Source of the DNA: the human T2T-CHM13v2.0 reference genome, Homo sapiens
NCBI RefSeq assembly: GCF_009914755.1
Contig: NC_060944.1
Direction: 5' to 3' (one strand)
DNA length: 64,000 nucleotides
In this document: piece after piece, positions 45,765 through 59,555 of the stretch
Numbering within the stretch: position 1 is the first letter of the stretch
Layout: each line of letters begins with the position of its first letter
Notes under the pieces: model-generated
Database searches by the model: none
What the model saw: the letters and a program-made list of their open reading frames with translations, nothing else
Told to the model about the DNA's origin: nothing
Position numbers and translations under genes: made by a program

Positions 45765-46850
45765 GAAATTGCTGATTCTATTAGATTGGTGCAGAAGTAG
45801 TGATTGCGGTTTTGCTATTAAAAGTCATGGCCCAAACAGCAATTACTTTTGCACGAATCTAATAGAATTGAGATAGAGAAGATACAAGTTTAGTCCAGAG
45901 CATCTTGTAATACAGAAAGTAAGGAAGTGTTCAACACACACACACACACTCACACACAGAGGCAGGGTCTGTCCAAGGGATGCAGGAGCCAACTGAAACA
46001 CCTCCCAATGACCAGTTAGAACAATTTCAGCAACAAAATAAATAAGCGGTATTAAATTATAAACCGAAGTAGAAAATAAACGTCCATGAGTCCATACTGA
46101 TATAAACAAATGATTGAATAAATACATAAATAAACAAATGGGAGAATAGAGAAACGTGCTGTGTAGAATTCCAAATAATTTATGGAGATACTTTGTCTTC
46201 GAGGGGCATAGCATAACTCCCCACTATTTAAGTGTGAGATCGTAGTGACTTTCTTCCAAAGAGCACAGGATGGGAAGGAAGAAAAAACGAGTAACTTCAC
46301 AGCGGAGAAACCTGACAAACACTACCTCAGCCGGGTGATCAAGATTCACATCAACAGTCATAAATCACATCAGCTGGATGTACCTTCGCTATTGTGTGAT
46401 GAGAACAGCGCTCTTTACCTCTGTGCTCTTCCCCTCAAAAACTCATAGCCACAGTCTGTTCATGAGAAAACATCAGACAAATCCCAACCGAGGGACTTTC
46501 TACAAAATACATGACCAGTACTTCTGGAAAATGTCAAGGTCATCAAAACAAGGAAAGTCAGAGAAACTAACACAGCTGAAAAGAACCGAAAGTGATGTGA
46601 CTACTTAAATGTAACGCGGTGTTCTGGATGGGATTCAGGGACAGAAAAGGGAAACCAGGTGACAACTAAGGAAACTTGAATAAAGTGTGGACTTTAGTTA
46701 ATAATAATGTATGAATAATGGTTCATTAATTGTGAAAAATGTACCATATGTTAATAATAGAGAAAACTGGGTATGAGGTATATGGGAATACTTTGTACAC
46801 CTTTGCAATTTTCCTATAAATCTAAAACTGTTCTAGCATAAAAAGCTACT
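45765..46850 (+). mobile_element. Old L1MC/MD 3' region
   Basis: gtaacttcacagcggagaaacctgacaaacactacctcagc...tttgcaattttcctataaatctaaaactgttct 3' end. Confidence 0.75.
45781..45862. mobile_element. MADE1 (Hsmar1-derived MITE)
   Basis: About 80-bp palindrome ttagattggtgcagaagta...tacttttgcacgaatctaa flanked by TA. Confidence 0.9.
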
Positions 46851-46853
46851 TTT

Positions 46854-47110
46854 CTTTGGGAGGCCGAGGCAGGCGGATCACCTGAAGTCAGGAGTTCGAG
46901 ACCAGCCTGGCCAATATGGTGAAACCCCGTCTCCACCAAAAGTACAAAAATTAGCCAGGCATAGTGGTGGGTGCCTGTAATCCCAGCTACTCGCGAGGCT
47001 GAGGCAGGAGAATCACTTGAACCCGGGAGGCGGAGGTTGTGGTGAGCCGAGATCGTGTCATCAGCCTGGGCAACAAGAGCGAGACTCCGTCTCAAAAAAA
47101 AAAAAAAAAA
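46854..47110 (+). mobile_element. 5'-truncated AluS (Sq/Sp-like) with small right-arm deletion
   Basis: gggcaacaagagcgagac; TSD aaagc(t/c)actttt. Confidence 0.9.
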
Positions 47111-47612
47111 GCCACTTTTAAACAAGATTGTTTTGACAATATTATCCATCAAGATCCACATAGGAAGGACTAGAGTAGGTGGGGCTAGTGGGGCGGGGAC
47201 CAGTTAGGAAGCTGTTGCAGTTGCCTAGGCAGAAAAAGATGGTGGCTTGGGCTGTGGTAGTGGAAATAAACTTGGGAAAAAGAACACTATGCCATTATCT
47301 AGAAGCGTATGAAGCTAGAAGAGAGGAATGCCTAGGATCAAGAGTTGAGTAACCTAAACATTATAAGGATGCAATAAATGAGATGATTCTGCAAAGAAGA
47401 CAGAGAAAAAGATCCTGGTACCCAGATTTTGGCATCCAAAAACCATTTTCCAACACAAAGATCCATTTCTCAGAGATTTTCCTTAGAGGTATGTATAAGG
47501 CATTGAAAACAGAGCCACACACATAGCATACCCTCCAAAAATTTGATTCCCGGAAGTATTATGGTGAGGGTCATGTAACGTTGCTTATATGAAAGGGAGA
47601 AATGACAGATTC

Positions 47613-48102
47613 TGTATGAGTTTCCTAGGGCTACTGCAAACAGAGTACCACAAACTGGGTGGCTTAGAACAGAAGTTTATTCTCTCATAGTCCTGGAGAT
47701 TAGAAGTCTGAAGCCAAGGTGTGAGCAGGGCCATGTTCTCCCCAAAGGTGTTAGGGAAGAATCCTTCCTTTTTCTTTGAGTTTCTGGTGGTTGCTGACAA
47801 TCCTGGGCCTTCCTGGGCTGGTGGCCACATGACCCCAATCTCTGCCCCTGTCATCACATTGCCTCTCCCCTGATGTCTCTTCTGTCCCTTCACGTGCTAT
47901 TCTCCTCTCTGTGTATGTGTCCCAACCGTCCTCATCTTATAAGGACGCTAGTCTTTCACTAAGGACCACTCCAATCCAGGACAACTTCATTGTAACTTGA
48001 TTATGTCTGCATGATTTTATTTCCAAATAAGATCACATGCACAGGGGCCAGGGATTAGAACTTGGATATATTGTTTTGGGGAACACAATTCAGTCCACAA
48101 CA
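47613..48102 (-). mobile_element. MLT1 (B/C-like) MaLR solo LTR
   Basis: tgtatgagtttcctagggct...attcagtccacaaca; perfect TSD gattc at 47608-47612 and 48103-48107. Confidence 0.9.
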
Positions 48103-48622
48103 GATTCCATGGCTCGGGCAGGGAAAGATGAACCTGGAACATCTTTTGGTGGTAGAGAGTTAACAACATATTCAAAAAGCAATGCAAGTATGTCAGAAGG
48201 ACGAAGGAGCCATTTGAAGGAGCCATTTGGCCAATGATCAATTCCAGAACAACTTGAGCCAAAAGATAAATAATTATAGTAATGGATTATAACCCTTTAT
48301 AATTGGGTTGTAATGATAGTAATGGATTAAAACCCAGAATAAATATCCATAAATCCATACTGATATAAAGAATTGAAGAAACAAATAAATGACTGAAAAA
48401 TGCAGCCTTTTCTTATAGAAGAATTCTAGTTAACAATTGTAGAAGGAATGATGGAAATAGAAAATCACTTGGCATCTCCTCTTAGATCCTCTGGCATATA
48501 CCAAATACCAAATTAATGATTGGCAAATACCAAAGTAATGATTGTTATAGGCATGAATCCTCGGAAGATGCTAAAATTAGTGGGAAAATTAGTATGATGA
48601 GAAAGGATACTAGAAAAATCTC

Positions 48623-48952
<330 letters not shown>

Positions 48953-49235
48953 CTACAAAGAGAAAAAATAGTAACTTTATAGTAGAGACACTTGTCAGAC
49001 ACCAGCTTCACCAAGTGACCAAAGCTAACATCACCAGTAATGAGCCATATTTGCTTCATGTAACTCTTGATGTCAAGCACTGGCAATGGGGCCCAACAGC
49101 ACTTCTGTGGCATTCTTATTAATGCATAGCCTAAATCTAACCATAAAGAAAAAAAATCAAAGAAACCCAAATAGGGGGACCTTCTATAAAGTAACTGACC
49201 AGTACTCTTGACACTTTTGAAAATATTCAACATCA

Positions 49236-49817
<582 letters not shown>

Positions 49818-50570
49818 CTAAGATTATTTCAAAAATAAAAAATTAAGAATGAACAAAAAGAGTACAGCTTTGAAAGTTATTTTAGAAGGGAAATCAACAG
49901 GACCCGGTAATAGATGAGCATCAGTGAGGGACAGAGACGTCATGGAAGATTTCTCTCCAGATTTCTCCCTTACATAACGAAACGAAAGTAAAATTATTCC
50001 CTGAGAATAAAAGCACTGAGAGGGACCATTTTGGGGATGAATATCAGGGGTGAATTGGGGACAAGCTGAAATTGAAGTGTCTTTGAAAGATCTAAGAGGA
50101 AATATCAAGTAGGGAGTTGGACATGAGAGTGATGCTTAGGGACTAGGGATCTGTGGGTGAAAAATTGCAAATTGTGCATATTGAAGCCATTCACACATAT
50201 ACAACTGCCTAGAGAAAAGGGTATAGGGCCAAGAGTTTGGTTTCTCCACATATAATGACACAGTAAAGGAGATAAGAAGTGTTCAAGAGTCCCAAGCTAT
50301 GCAGAGAAACCAAATAAGCTTAGGTTAAAAATATGCCCCCTTGATTTTGTAACACAGAGGTCACTGGTAACTACTGAGAATTGTTTGTTTGCAAAGCACT
50401 TTCATATAAACAATGTTTCATGACCTTCACCATAATACTTCTGGGAATTGAATTTTCAAAAGGTATCCTATGTGTGTGTTTCTGTTTTCAATGGCTCATA
50501 CAGACCTCTAAGGAAAATCTGTTGGGTTATGTTACACTATACGATTGTCTTCATTTTCAGATGAGGTCAC

Positions 50571-51067
50571 TGTCGTAGGCAGCATCTAAGGTGCCCCCAT
50601 CACCCCAACAAAAGCATCCATGCCTTTGTATAAGCCCATTCCTTCACTTCTAACCAACAGAATATGGCAAAGGCTGTCACTTTCATGATTAGGATACAAA
50701 AGGTTATGACTTCAGTCTTGCTAGAAGATCCTATCTATTGCCTTCTTGGCTTACATGCTTTGATGAGGCAAGATGTGTGTCAGAGAGGCTCACATGGCAA
50801 GGAACTGAGGGCTGCCTCTGAACAACAGTATGCAACAAACTGAGTCCTATGAACAAGCATGTGAACTTGGAGACACACCCTTCCCCAGTTGAGTCTAGAG
50901 ATGACTGCATCCTAGCCAACACCTTAACTGCAGCCTCTAAGAGACTCTGCAGCAAAGGACTTGGCTGTGCTATGCCTGGATTCATGACCCAAAGAAACTG
51001 TGAGATTATAAATAACACTGTTTCAAGCCTCTGAGTGTTGTGCTAATGTGCTGCACTGCCTATGGAT
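50571..51067 (+). mobile_element. MLT1 (F-like) MaLR LTR
   Basis: cttctaaccaacagaatatggcaaagg, cacatggcaaggaactgagggctgcctct and gaaactgtgagattataaat motifs. Confidence 0.75.
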
Positions 51068-51492
51068 GACAAATGCAAGTCGTTAAGGCTCAGAAAGGTT
51101 AAGGCTTCTGTGCTGTATATTCTCCCTTGAGCCCTCCAGATTCAATCTCCACTATCTCTATTTGCCCTGGAAGTGAATTCTATGAGCTACTCAACCAGCC
51201 TCCTTGTGCTCCAGCTTCTGGTTTGGCCAATGGGTGGCACCAGGAGAAAGTCAGAGCACAGAAAGAAACAGGGGTCAGCATATCTCAGCTCTCCCTGCTA
51301 GGATGCAGTTTGACACTGACTGCATTTCTCTACCCAAGGCCACAGCTCCTAGAAATTGATCCCTTTCTTATAGCTTCAGGTCTCTCTGGGTTCCAGGATT
51401 CTCTCTCATTCTCATTCTTTCTCTCTCTCTCTCTCCCCAACCCCCCGACCCCCACCCCCAGCGCCCTGGGGTGCTTCCCCAGTCCCAGCTTG

Positions 51493-51539
51493 TATTAAAA
51501 GTAATGACAAAACCCACAATTACTTTTGCACCAACTTAA
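51493..51539. mobile_element. Half MADE1 inside an old ERVL-type LTR (~51110-51645)
   Basis: attaaaagtaatgacaaaacccacaattacttttgcaccaacttaa followed by TA; only one TIR is present. Confidence 0.8.
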
Positions 51540-51907
51540 TATTCCTTAATTCTGCCCACACCTTTATAAACAATTCTTTCCTTTGACTCTTTTTATTCAT
51601 CCACTTTGAGTGTTCCATCTCATTCCAGCCAGTGTGCTAACAGACACAATTCTGGGACATTAAGTTTCAGGACCTTGAAATTACTTATTTTAATGAATCA
51701 ATTACTCCTCCTCTCAGGTAGTATAAGCACAGAGATTAGAGATGTGCCCTCACATGGTCACAGTGAACAGTTCAGGTCAAAATGGAGCCAGAGGTCAGCT
51801 CTGCTGCTTACAAACCCTATGGAAAGTGACTGAATCTCTGTGAGTCTCAATTTCTTCATCTGCAAAGTGGGGAAAATACCACACACAACATAAAATTGCA
51901 ATGATAG

Positions 51908-52198
51908 GGCTGGGTACAGTAGCTCATGCCTGTAATCCCAACACTTTGGGAGGCCGAGGCGGGTGGGTCATTTGAGGTCAGGAGTTCGAGACCAGCCTGG
52001 CCAACAAGGAAAATCCCTTTCTCTATTAAAAATAAAAAAATTAGCCAGGTTGGTGGCACCTGCTTATAATTCCAGCTACTCGAGAATCTGAGACATGAGA
52101 ATCACTTGAACCCAGAAGGCAGAAGTTGTAGTGAGTCAAGATCATTCCACTGCACTCCAGCCTGGACAACGCAGTGAGACTCCATATCAAAAAAAAAT
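51908..52198 (+). mobile_element. AluS inserted in a MIR
   Basis: Full dimer; TSD tgcaatgata on both sides. Confidence 0.92.
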
Positions 52199-53889
52199 TT
52201 TTTTTAATGCAATGATAATAAACTTATGAAAGCTTACTTATATAAGACACATGGTACATAGTAAGGGCCCACTAAATCATCACTAGTAGAACTCCATCAG
52301 CAAAATATCTCATTTTGCTAAACCAACTAGAATCATAATGCCATTTGTATTGTCAGCAGCCCTGGGTGTTACGGTAATCACTAGTTCAATAGGCAGACAC
52401 ACAGAGGATGCCAGAAGCGTCCACAGAGATACCACCTAACCCATTTTTCGTGCAACAAAGCCCTGTGGAGCTGCTGTAGTGAGCATTCCTCACCAATACT
52501 GTGTTCGACTTTTTAGTTCAAAAGAATCACTTGGCTCCTTCAACTGCTGCAGTTGTCCAGGCCCTCAGTGGCATTCAGAGAATGGAACTGGTCATGGAGT
52601 CTTGTCACATCACGTTTTCTCCTCCTGAGGTCACACTTTGCCCAGACAAGTCTTTGAATGTGCAAAAGCATGAGGGAGGGCAAGAAGAAAATGGGAATCT
52701 GCACATGGTGACATTACCAGAAACGTGCTTTGACTTCAGGTTGTGGTTCTTAGAAAGGGCAACGTTGTATGCCACATTTATGACTGCTCCGACTATGTTT
52801 TAATGAGTCCCTGCATGCTGACAGGAGGGCCACTTAAACAGGAGTAATTGGGTCACCATGGTTTCCAGAGGACAGGGGACAGGCTGCAAGGTCTGAATCG
52901 CTGGCAGAAAAGCAGCTGATGGACCCAATTCAAAGTCACTGGGAGGTGATAATGGGCTCGAAACAGGACCAGTAGCCACAGCCTACCCAGACGGATGGCA
53001 CAACTCAACCCAGAGTCCAGCTCGGCCTGGCAGTCGCCACCTCTACTGCAATGAGGCAGGCTGGAGCAAGACTTCCCCAGCAGCGGTCCTTTGTGCTCTA
53101 ACTTCATGATTTTTTTTTTATCACTCACATCCTGCTCTTCTATGATTTACTTAATTTTCTTTATTTATGTTCACTCAATATCTTAATGTATTTTGATTGC
53201 AATTTTATATAAAAACCACCAATGGAAAACCAGCATCATTTGCCATGAATAGAAAGCAGCAATTAAAATAAATACAATGAAAACAAGCACTGTTGCTAGA
53301 TCCTGGCTAGACATTACTGCCTGTGGAATGGTCTAAGCCTGAACTTACTGTCTTGATAAAAATGGTTGGCAAGTGTTTAAGCACTAAGCTCGATGCTTTC
53401 TCCTGTAATCAGAAAAACTAAAAGAGAATGGATAACAGAGTAACTTTCTGACTGTGTTATTCAGTCTCATTTTATGGTAAAATCACCTTGTAATGCATCT
53501 TTAGGCCTCTTGTCACATAAGCCAGGACTACCCATTTGGAATACAGCATGGTCTTCCCCACTGCTGAAGCCAGGATCTAAGAAGTAACAGCCATAAGACA
53601 TGGTTTGTGGAGCTGATGCACATTAAAAGGAATAACTATTGCAATTGATCTTTTCCAAGTAACACCTCCCACCATCTCATTTGCTCCCCAGATGCCGTCC
53701 TTTGGGAAATGGCAGGATAGACTAGATGTCAAGCCCCACTGTGAAGAGCACATGGAATTTCTTATCTTGTTGGGTAGAACAAGCATGTCCTGGTGAAAGA
53801 ATTCCATCCTTTCTGTTGCTGACTGGGGGTGCCAAGGAAACTCTTCATAACCAGAACAATGTTGGAGACACGTCTGCCCTCCAAGGATG

Positions 53890-54910
53890 CTAGAGGTTCA
53901 TTAAGTCTCTACTGTGTGCCAGGTACAGTTCTATGTGCTGAAGACACAGAGAATAAAATGGGCAAATTCTCTACTCTCACAGTTTATACTGTGGTTGAAG
54001 GAGATAGATAGGCAGTAAGCAAAGACATGCCATAGCAAGTGGTCACGGATGCCATGAGAAAGAGGACAGAGAATGATGGTATGAAATGGCCACATACACA
54101 GGAAGCCCAGGAGGGTCTGTAAATAGAGTGGATGCTTGGGAAAGGCCTGCATAAAATGAAGGAGCAACCCAATTTGTCTATCCGGGGAGAAAAATATGCC
54201 AAACAGCAGAATCAATGATGGATGGCAAAGGCCATCTTTATCATCCATCTAACTTGCCCAAGGTCGCCCAGCTTGTAGGTGAAAAGACTGAGACTTGAAC
54301 TTGGGTCCCAGACAATCCAAAGTCCATCGAGCCTGACAAGCACATTTGAGGAGCAGCAGGGAAGCCAATTTGGCCAGAGGAGAGTGAAAGGCCAGGTGGT
54401 AGGAGGTGTGATCAGCAGGCAGCCAGGAGACCAGGGGTGAGGATGTTGGCAATGACTCTGAAGTAGAGGATTAGCCCTGGACAGGCTTGAACAGAGGAGC
54501 CGACCTTGTCTACGCAGTAGAAACACCACCCTGGCTGATGGGCAGATAATGGAAGGTAGAGAGCCAGGACAGAGGCTGGAAGACCAGTTAGGATTCCACC
54601 ACAAGAGAGTTCAGACAGGACAGGATGGTGTCTTGATGCAGGGAGGTAGCAGTGGAGGTGATCAGAAGTGGTCTCATTCTGAAGATATCATTGACAGGAT
54701 TTATGGAGGGATTAGAAATGGAATTTAAAAGAGGCATGGAATCACAGGTGACTTCAGAGTTGCTGGTATAACCAATGCAAAAATGGAGTTTCATGTAGGG
54801 TGATGGAGTGACTTGAGTGAGGGGAACTAAAAATTGAGTAATGGGCATGTTAAATAGAGATGCCTAAAAGACACACAGTGGAGATATCCACTGAGCAGCT
54901 GGATATTAAT
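53890..54910. mobile_element. L2 fragment
   Basis: ctactgtgtgccaggtac, gaagtggtctcattctgaagatat and agtggagatatccactgagcagctggatat motifs. Confidence 0.7.
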
Positions 54911-55458
54911 AGCAACAATAATATATTCTTGAAAGCCCCCCCCCCCGAATCTTGGGGTGCATTACTAGTCTGTCTTCAGGTCTCTCCCACCCATCACACC
55001 CTCACCTTGAAGTTGGGTTAGGGACTCCTCTCTGTTTACACAGCCTGCAATATTTCCCCCATAATAGCCTTTAGCACATCTTATTATAGTTGTCTTTTTT
55101 GGTTCATCTTTCCCCAACATTATAAGTTCTATGACAACAATAAACTTTTGTATAGCCAGTACACAACGTAAGCCAAATCAGAATTTTAGTGGCTTCTCAA
55201 CAATATCTCTGTCTTCACAACAACCTTGTGAGATAGATAAAGATCTTTCTGTGAAAGAGAAAACTGAGTCTCAGAGAGGTTAAGTAACTTGCCCAAGACC
55301 ACCCAGCTTGTAGGTGAAAAGGCTGAGACTTGAACTTGGGTCCCAGATGATCCAAAGTCCATATCCTTCTATACCCCCATGACCTACTGTCTTTCCTGTC
55401 TACTACATGGAGACAGAGTTTACATGTTAATAGAGAATTTCCTTACAGTGACACCCAC

Positions 55459-55824
55459 TACTATGGTCTGATTGTTTGTGTGCACCCAAAATTTATGTGT
55501 TGAAATCTGAATCCCCAAGATAATGGTATGAAGAGATGGAGCCTTTGGGAGATGATTAGGTCATGAAGGTGGAGCCATCATAAATGGGATTGGTGCCCTT
55601 AGAGGCCCTAGAGAGCTGCCTTGCTCTTCCTTCCACCATATGAAGACACAGAGAGCGGGTACCATCTATGAACCCCAAGACTGAACCCTCACCAGACACT
55701 GAATGTGCAGGCACCTTGCTCTTGGGTTTCCAAGCCTCCAGAACTGTGAGCAATAAATTTCTGTTGTCTATAAGCCACCCAGTTTATGGTATACTTGTTA
55801 TAGCAGCCTGAACAGACTAAGACA
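55459..55824 (+). mobile_element. MLT1A-type MaLR solo LTR
   Basis: ctatggtctgattgtttgtgt...ttgttatagcagcctgaacagactaagaca. Confidence 0.88.
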
Positions 55825-58800
55825 TCCATGAAAGAGTATTTCTTTCTACCCCCTTTACTCGCCCAGACTCCTTTGGAATGTTTCTTTGGTCCAAACTGCA
55901 CTGCATTACCCCAAAGCCATAAACATGCAGGAAATTTAAGGGACAAATACTCAGGACATAATACAATGAGCCAGCTTTCCCTCTGGAACCCAAGGTATTT
56001 TTCCCTCAACCCAGAATTTGAGAGATCGTGGATGGAGGAATCAGATAATCCAGGTTTGAGCAGTAAGAGGTTCCATCTCTTACTGTGTGACTTTGGACAA
56101 GTGGTTTACCCTCTCTGAGCCTCAGTTTCCCCTGCCTGAAATAAGAATATTAATAATGTTAACCTCACAAGTGATGAAAGTTTCATGAATATATATAAAG
56201 GAATTTACAGGGCCTGGCCCAGAGCAGACACTCCAAAACAGCAGCTACTTTTATTGTTAGGTTCTTTGATGGGTGGTGGCAAGATTTCCATGCCGTATTC
56301 AGAATGGCAAAAGAAAACTGCTCCCCAGAGCAGCTTGGAATCCCAACAGATATACCTCCCCTGCAGGATGACAGTCTACGCAAGGTCTGATTAACTTTGC
56401 CAAAGATATTTCTAATTTAAACTGAGTTCTGTTGGACAGCTCAGCTTGTCAGAGGAGAAGAGCGCAACTACCATTGACCTTTTCAAACAAAGTTAATTGC
56501 TAGGGTTTTAAGGTTACAGAGCTGAAATTTTGCCATATATTGATCCAGAGGTGCAAATTTCCCTCCTAATTTTTAATTTCCTCTTGAGGAGAAAGTAGGA
56601 ATTTGCCTTGATACCTTCCATCTTCTCTGAGAGGAACATAAATATTCAGAAAGTTTCCGTGACCAAATCAACAGAGCCAATTATGCAGTGCAATTTCTCA
56701 AGGGAAGAATTCAACCAAACTACTTAGTTTTTCATTTATTTAATATTCATTAAGCACCGCCAGTGGGGCAGGCAATGTGGTAGGCTCAGCAGACACAATG
56801 GTGAGCTAAATTTTACAGTGGGAGAGATAAATATGAATCAAATGATTAGACAAACAAAGTAAACGTACTGTATTTATATTGAATAAGAGGCATGGTGGGT
56901 GGAGCAGGGCAGTGGGAGTGGTCTTCTCTGAGGTGCAGGCAGTAAGTGGTGCCTTGTCTGTAGGGGATTTAGAAGTCAGTCAGTCTTCTTATTGTCAGAA
57001 ACTCAAACATTATTGCTAATGAAATTCTTCTTCCTCCTGGGGTAGAGCACTTTCACCAACCTTTCTCTTAGATTCACCATGGGATGAGAGAGAACAAGAG
57101 GGAAATCAAGATTGCAAAAGTAATCAGGTCACTCAGCAAGACTTCCAGGAATATGTTCAGCTGGAGCCCGAATGGGAAGGAGAGCAGTAGTTAACCAGGC
57201 AAACGAGGGAGGGCAGGGTGTCCCAAAGAGAGAGCATGTGTGAGCAATGGTTCTGTGCCCATGGAGAGCACAAGGTACCAGAGCAGGGACCAGACAGGTG
57301 ACATGCATGAAAGGAGTGGGACAGGTGGGGACTAGGAAACAAGAAAGTACATCCCAGAAAAAAAAAAAAAAGGCAATAACTACTCAGCTGCAGCTGATCC
57401 CCTTTCAAGAAAAGCCGGAATTCCTTATTTTTATGCAAAATATGCCTGATTTTTTTCATATTATTGACATCCAATTTAAAAATTAGAACATTAAAAAAAA
57501 AACAGCAAAGCACATCACTTGGCTAAGTTGAGCTTGCAACTTGAGCTACTGAAGAGGTGGGTAACAAGGAAGAAGGGGTAAGACGAGAATTAACCATCTC
57601 CATGGTGAGAATTACATATGGCTCCTTCCTCAGCATCCTTGGAACATGCATCCAGTCCTCTTCTGAGCCTATTTTTATTGTTTGGTTGTTTGGATTAGGC
57701 TTGAATTCATCTCCCTCCCCAAAGACACTATAAACTATTCCAGAGCCGAGATGGCTACCATCACTTTCCCATTCACTCTATTGCTGGATATAGCATTGGG
57801 CACTCGCTGGGTGTTCAGCAAGCAGTTCTTTGGTAGAATTTATCAGCCAGATGTCCCATATCATTGCATATTATTTTCCAGCCTCTTTAGTGCACCCAGA
57901 TGGTTCAAAGCTCACTCTGAGAATACTTTCCATTTACTGAGCACCTGCCATCAACAGGCACCATGCTGACCACTTCACGTGCATCATCTCAATCTATCCT
58001 CCCACTCCTCTATGAGGTCTGAACTATTCTACTGCCTATTTAACAATTAAAGAGGTAAAGTTTGGAGAGATTAAGTAACTTTCTGAAAGTCACACAGAAA
58101 GTCAGTAGTAAAGCTAGGAACTGACCTCAAGTCATACATACTCCAAAGAGCAAAATGTTAACCATTATACTCCACTAAGGTACAGCCAGAGGAATAACAT
58201 CAGAAGTTTTTTGGTGTTAAAGATACCAGATCTTGAGAGATCATTAAAAGCTCTACTTAAAAATGCCTGCCATCTTTTTGGACAAACTGCTGTGGGTACA
58301 ATTTGTTTCGCAGCTTTCAATGGACAGCTATTGTCCACACGCACAGACCTGCTTCCCCTTACCTTCATGGATGCTAGCAGGAGAGAAACTTGGTTCTGTT
58401 TCCTGTCATCTCACCGATAACTAAGACAAACACAGACAAACATACCACAAAGCCAGAAGGAAACAGAATCATCCAACTCCCTTATTCTAGCTTTTTCATT
58501 TGTAAAACGTATCATGTATTCTAAAGCCTAGGAAGATGTCCATGATACAGGGTTAGGGGAAGAAAGCAGGTTGCAGAAACACATGTAACACAATCCCACT
58601 TAAGAATAACAAAAATCATAATCAATAATGTAAGTTTTACTTACATATATGTAATTTAAATGATTCTGTGTGCATGGGGAAGGGTCTATGAGGAAATTCA
58701 ACAAATTACTAACAGTTCGAGTGGCAGCCTGAGAAAATGTGTGCTTTTCAGTTCTACATTGTTGAAAACTTTACTAAAATCTTATGTTACTGTGTATTTG

Positions 58801-59350
58801 GAGATAATAAGTCTGAAAGGGAAGTCTACCCTGCTTTGAAGTTTCTTCAAAGTACCTCCCCTTTTGGGCGAGCCTGTCTGCCCCCAGCCGTTTGCCCTGT
58901 GCAGCTAAGCATCCCACCCTTGCTCCATCACAAGCAAGGAATGCTTCTTCTCTCACTGCAGACACCGGAGCTGAACTGCCATCAAGCCTTCAGTCTTCTA
59001 ACATGGATAGAAGATGGACATGCTCACACGTTACATTTTGTCAATAATAATCACAACGGCAGCAACTACTGCCACCATTTACTGAGCACTTTCTCTGGGA
59101 CACTCAGCTAAGACTTTTACATATTAAACCATTTAGTTCTCTCACACACACACAAAACTGTGAAGAAGCTTCTATTATCCTCTTCTATTTGGAGAAAGGA
59201 ACTGAGGCTCACAGAGACTGAGCAATGTGTGTAACATCACACTACTAGATGGCATATCCAGGATTCAAGTCCAAGCCTATGCCTATCCATCCAGCTACCA
59301 ACCCTAGATATTTATAAGAATATATCTGGAAGAATGGGTGCTGCTATATA

Positions 59351-59386
59351 TCATCATTATCATCATCATCATCATCATCATCATCA
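59351..59386. repeat. (CAT)n microsatellite
   Basis: About 11 imperfect CAT units. Confidence 0.9.
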
Positions 59387-59555
59387 CCAGGCTCAACCTC
59401 ATCCTCGGGTAAACATGCACTGGGTGCCAGGTATGTGCTAAATGCATTACATTAGACCATTCAGTCAATAATTTGCTCAACTCCATCCTTCTGTAAGACA
59501 GGCAACATTACATTACTTACTAATAAAGAAATTGGAATTAAGAGAGATCAAGTCA

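Noticed and set aside
53025-53050. Possible CTCF site gtcgccacctctactg
   Set aside because: Only the 3' half of the core consensus matches.
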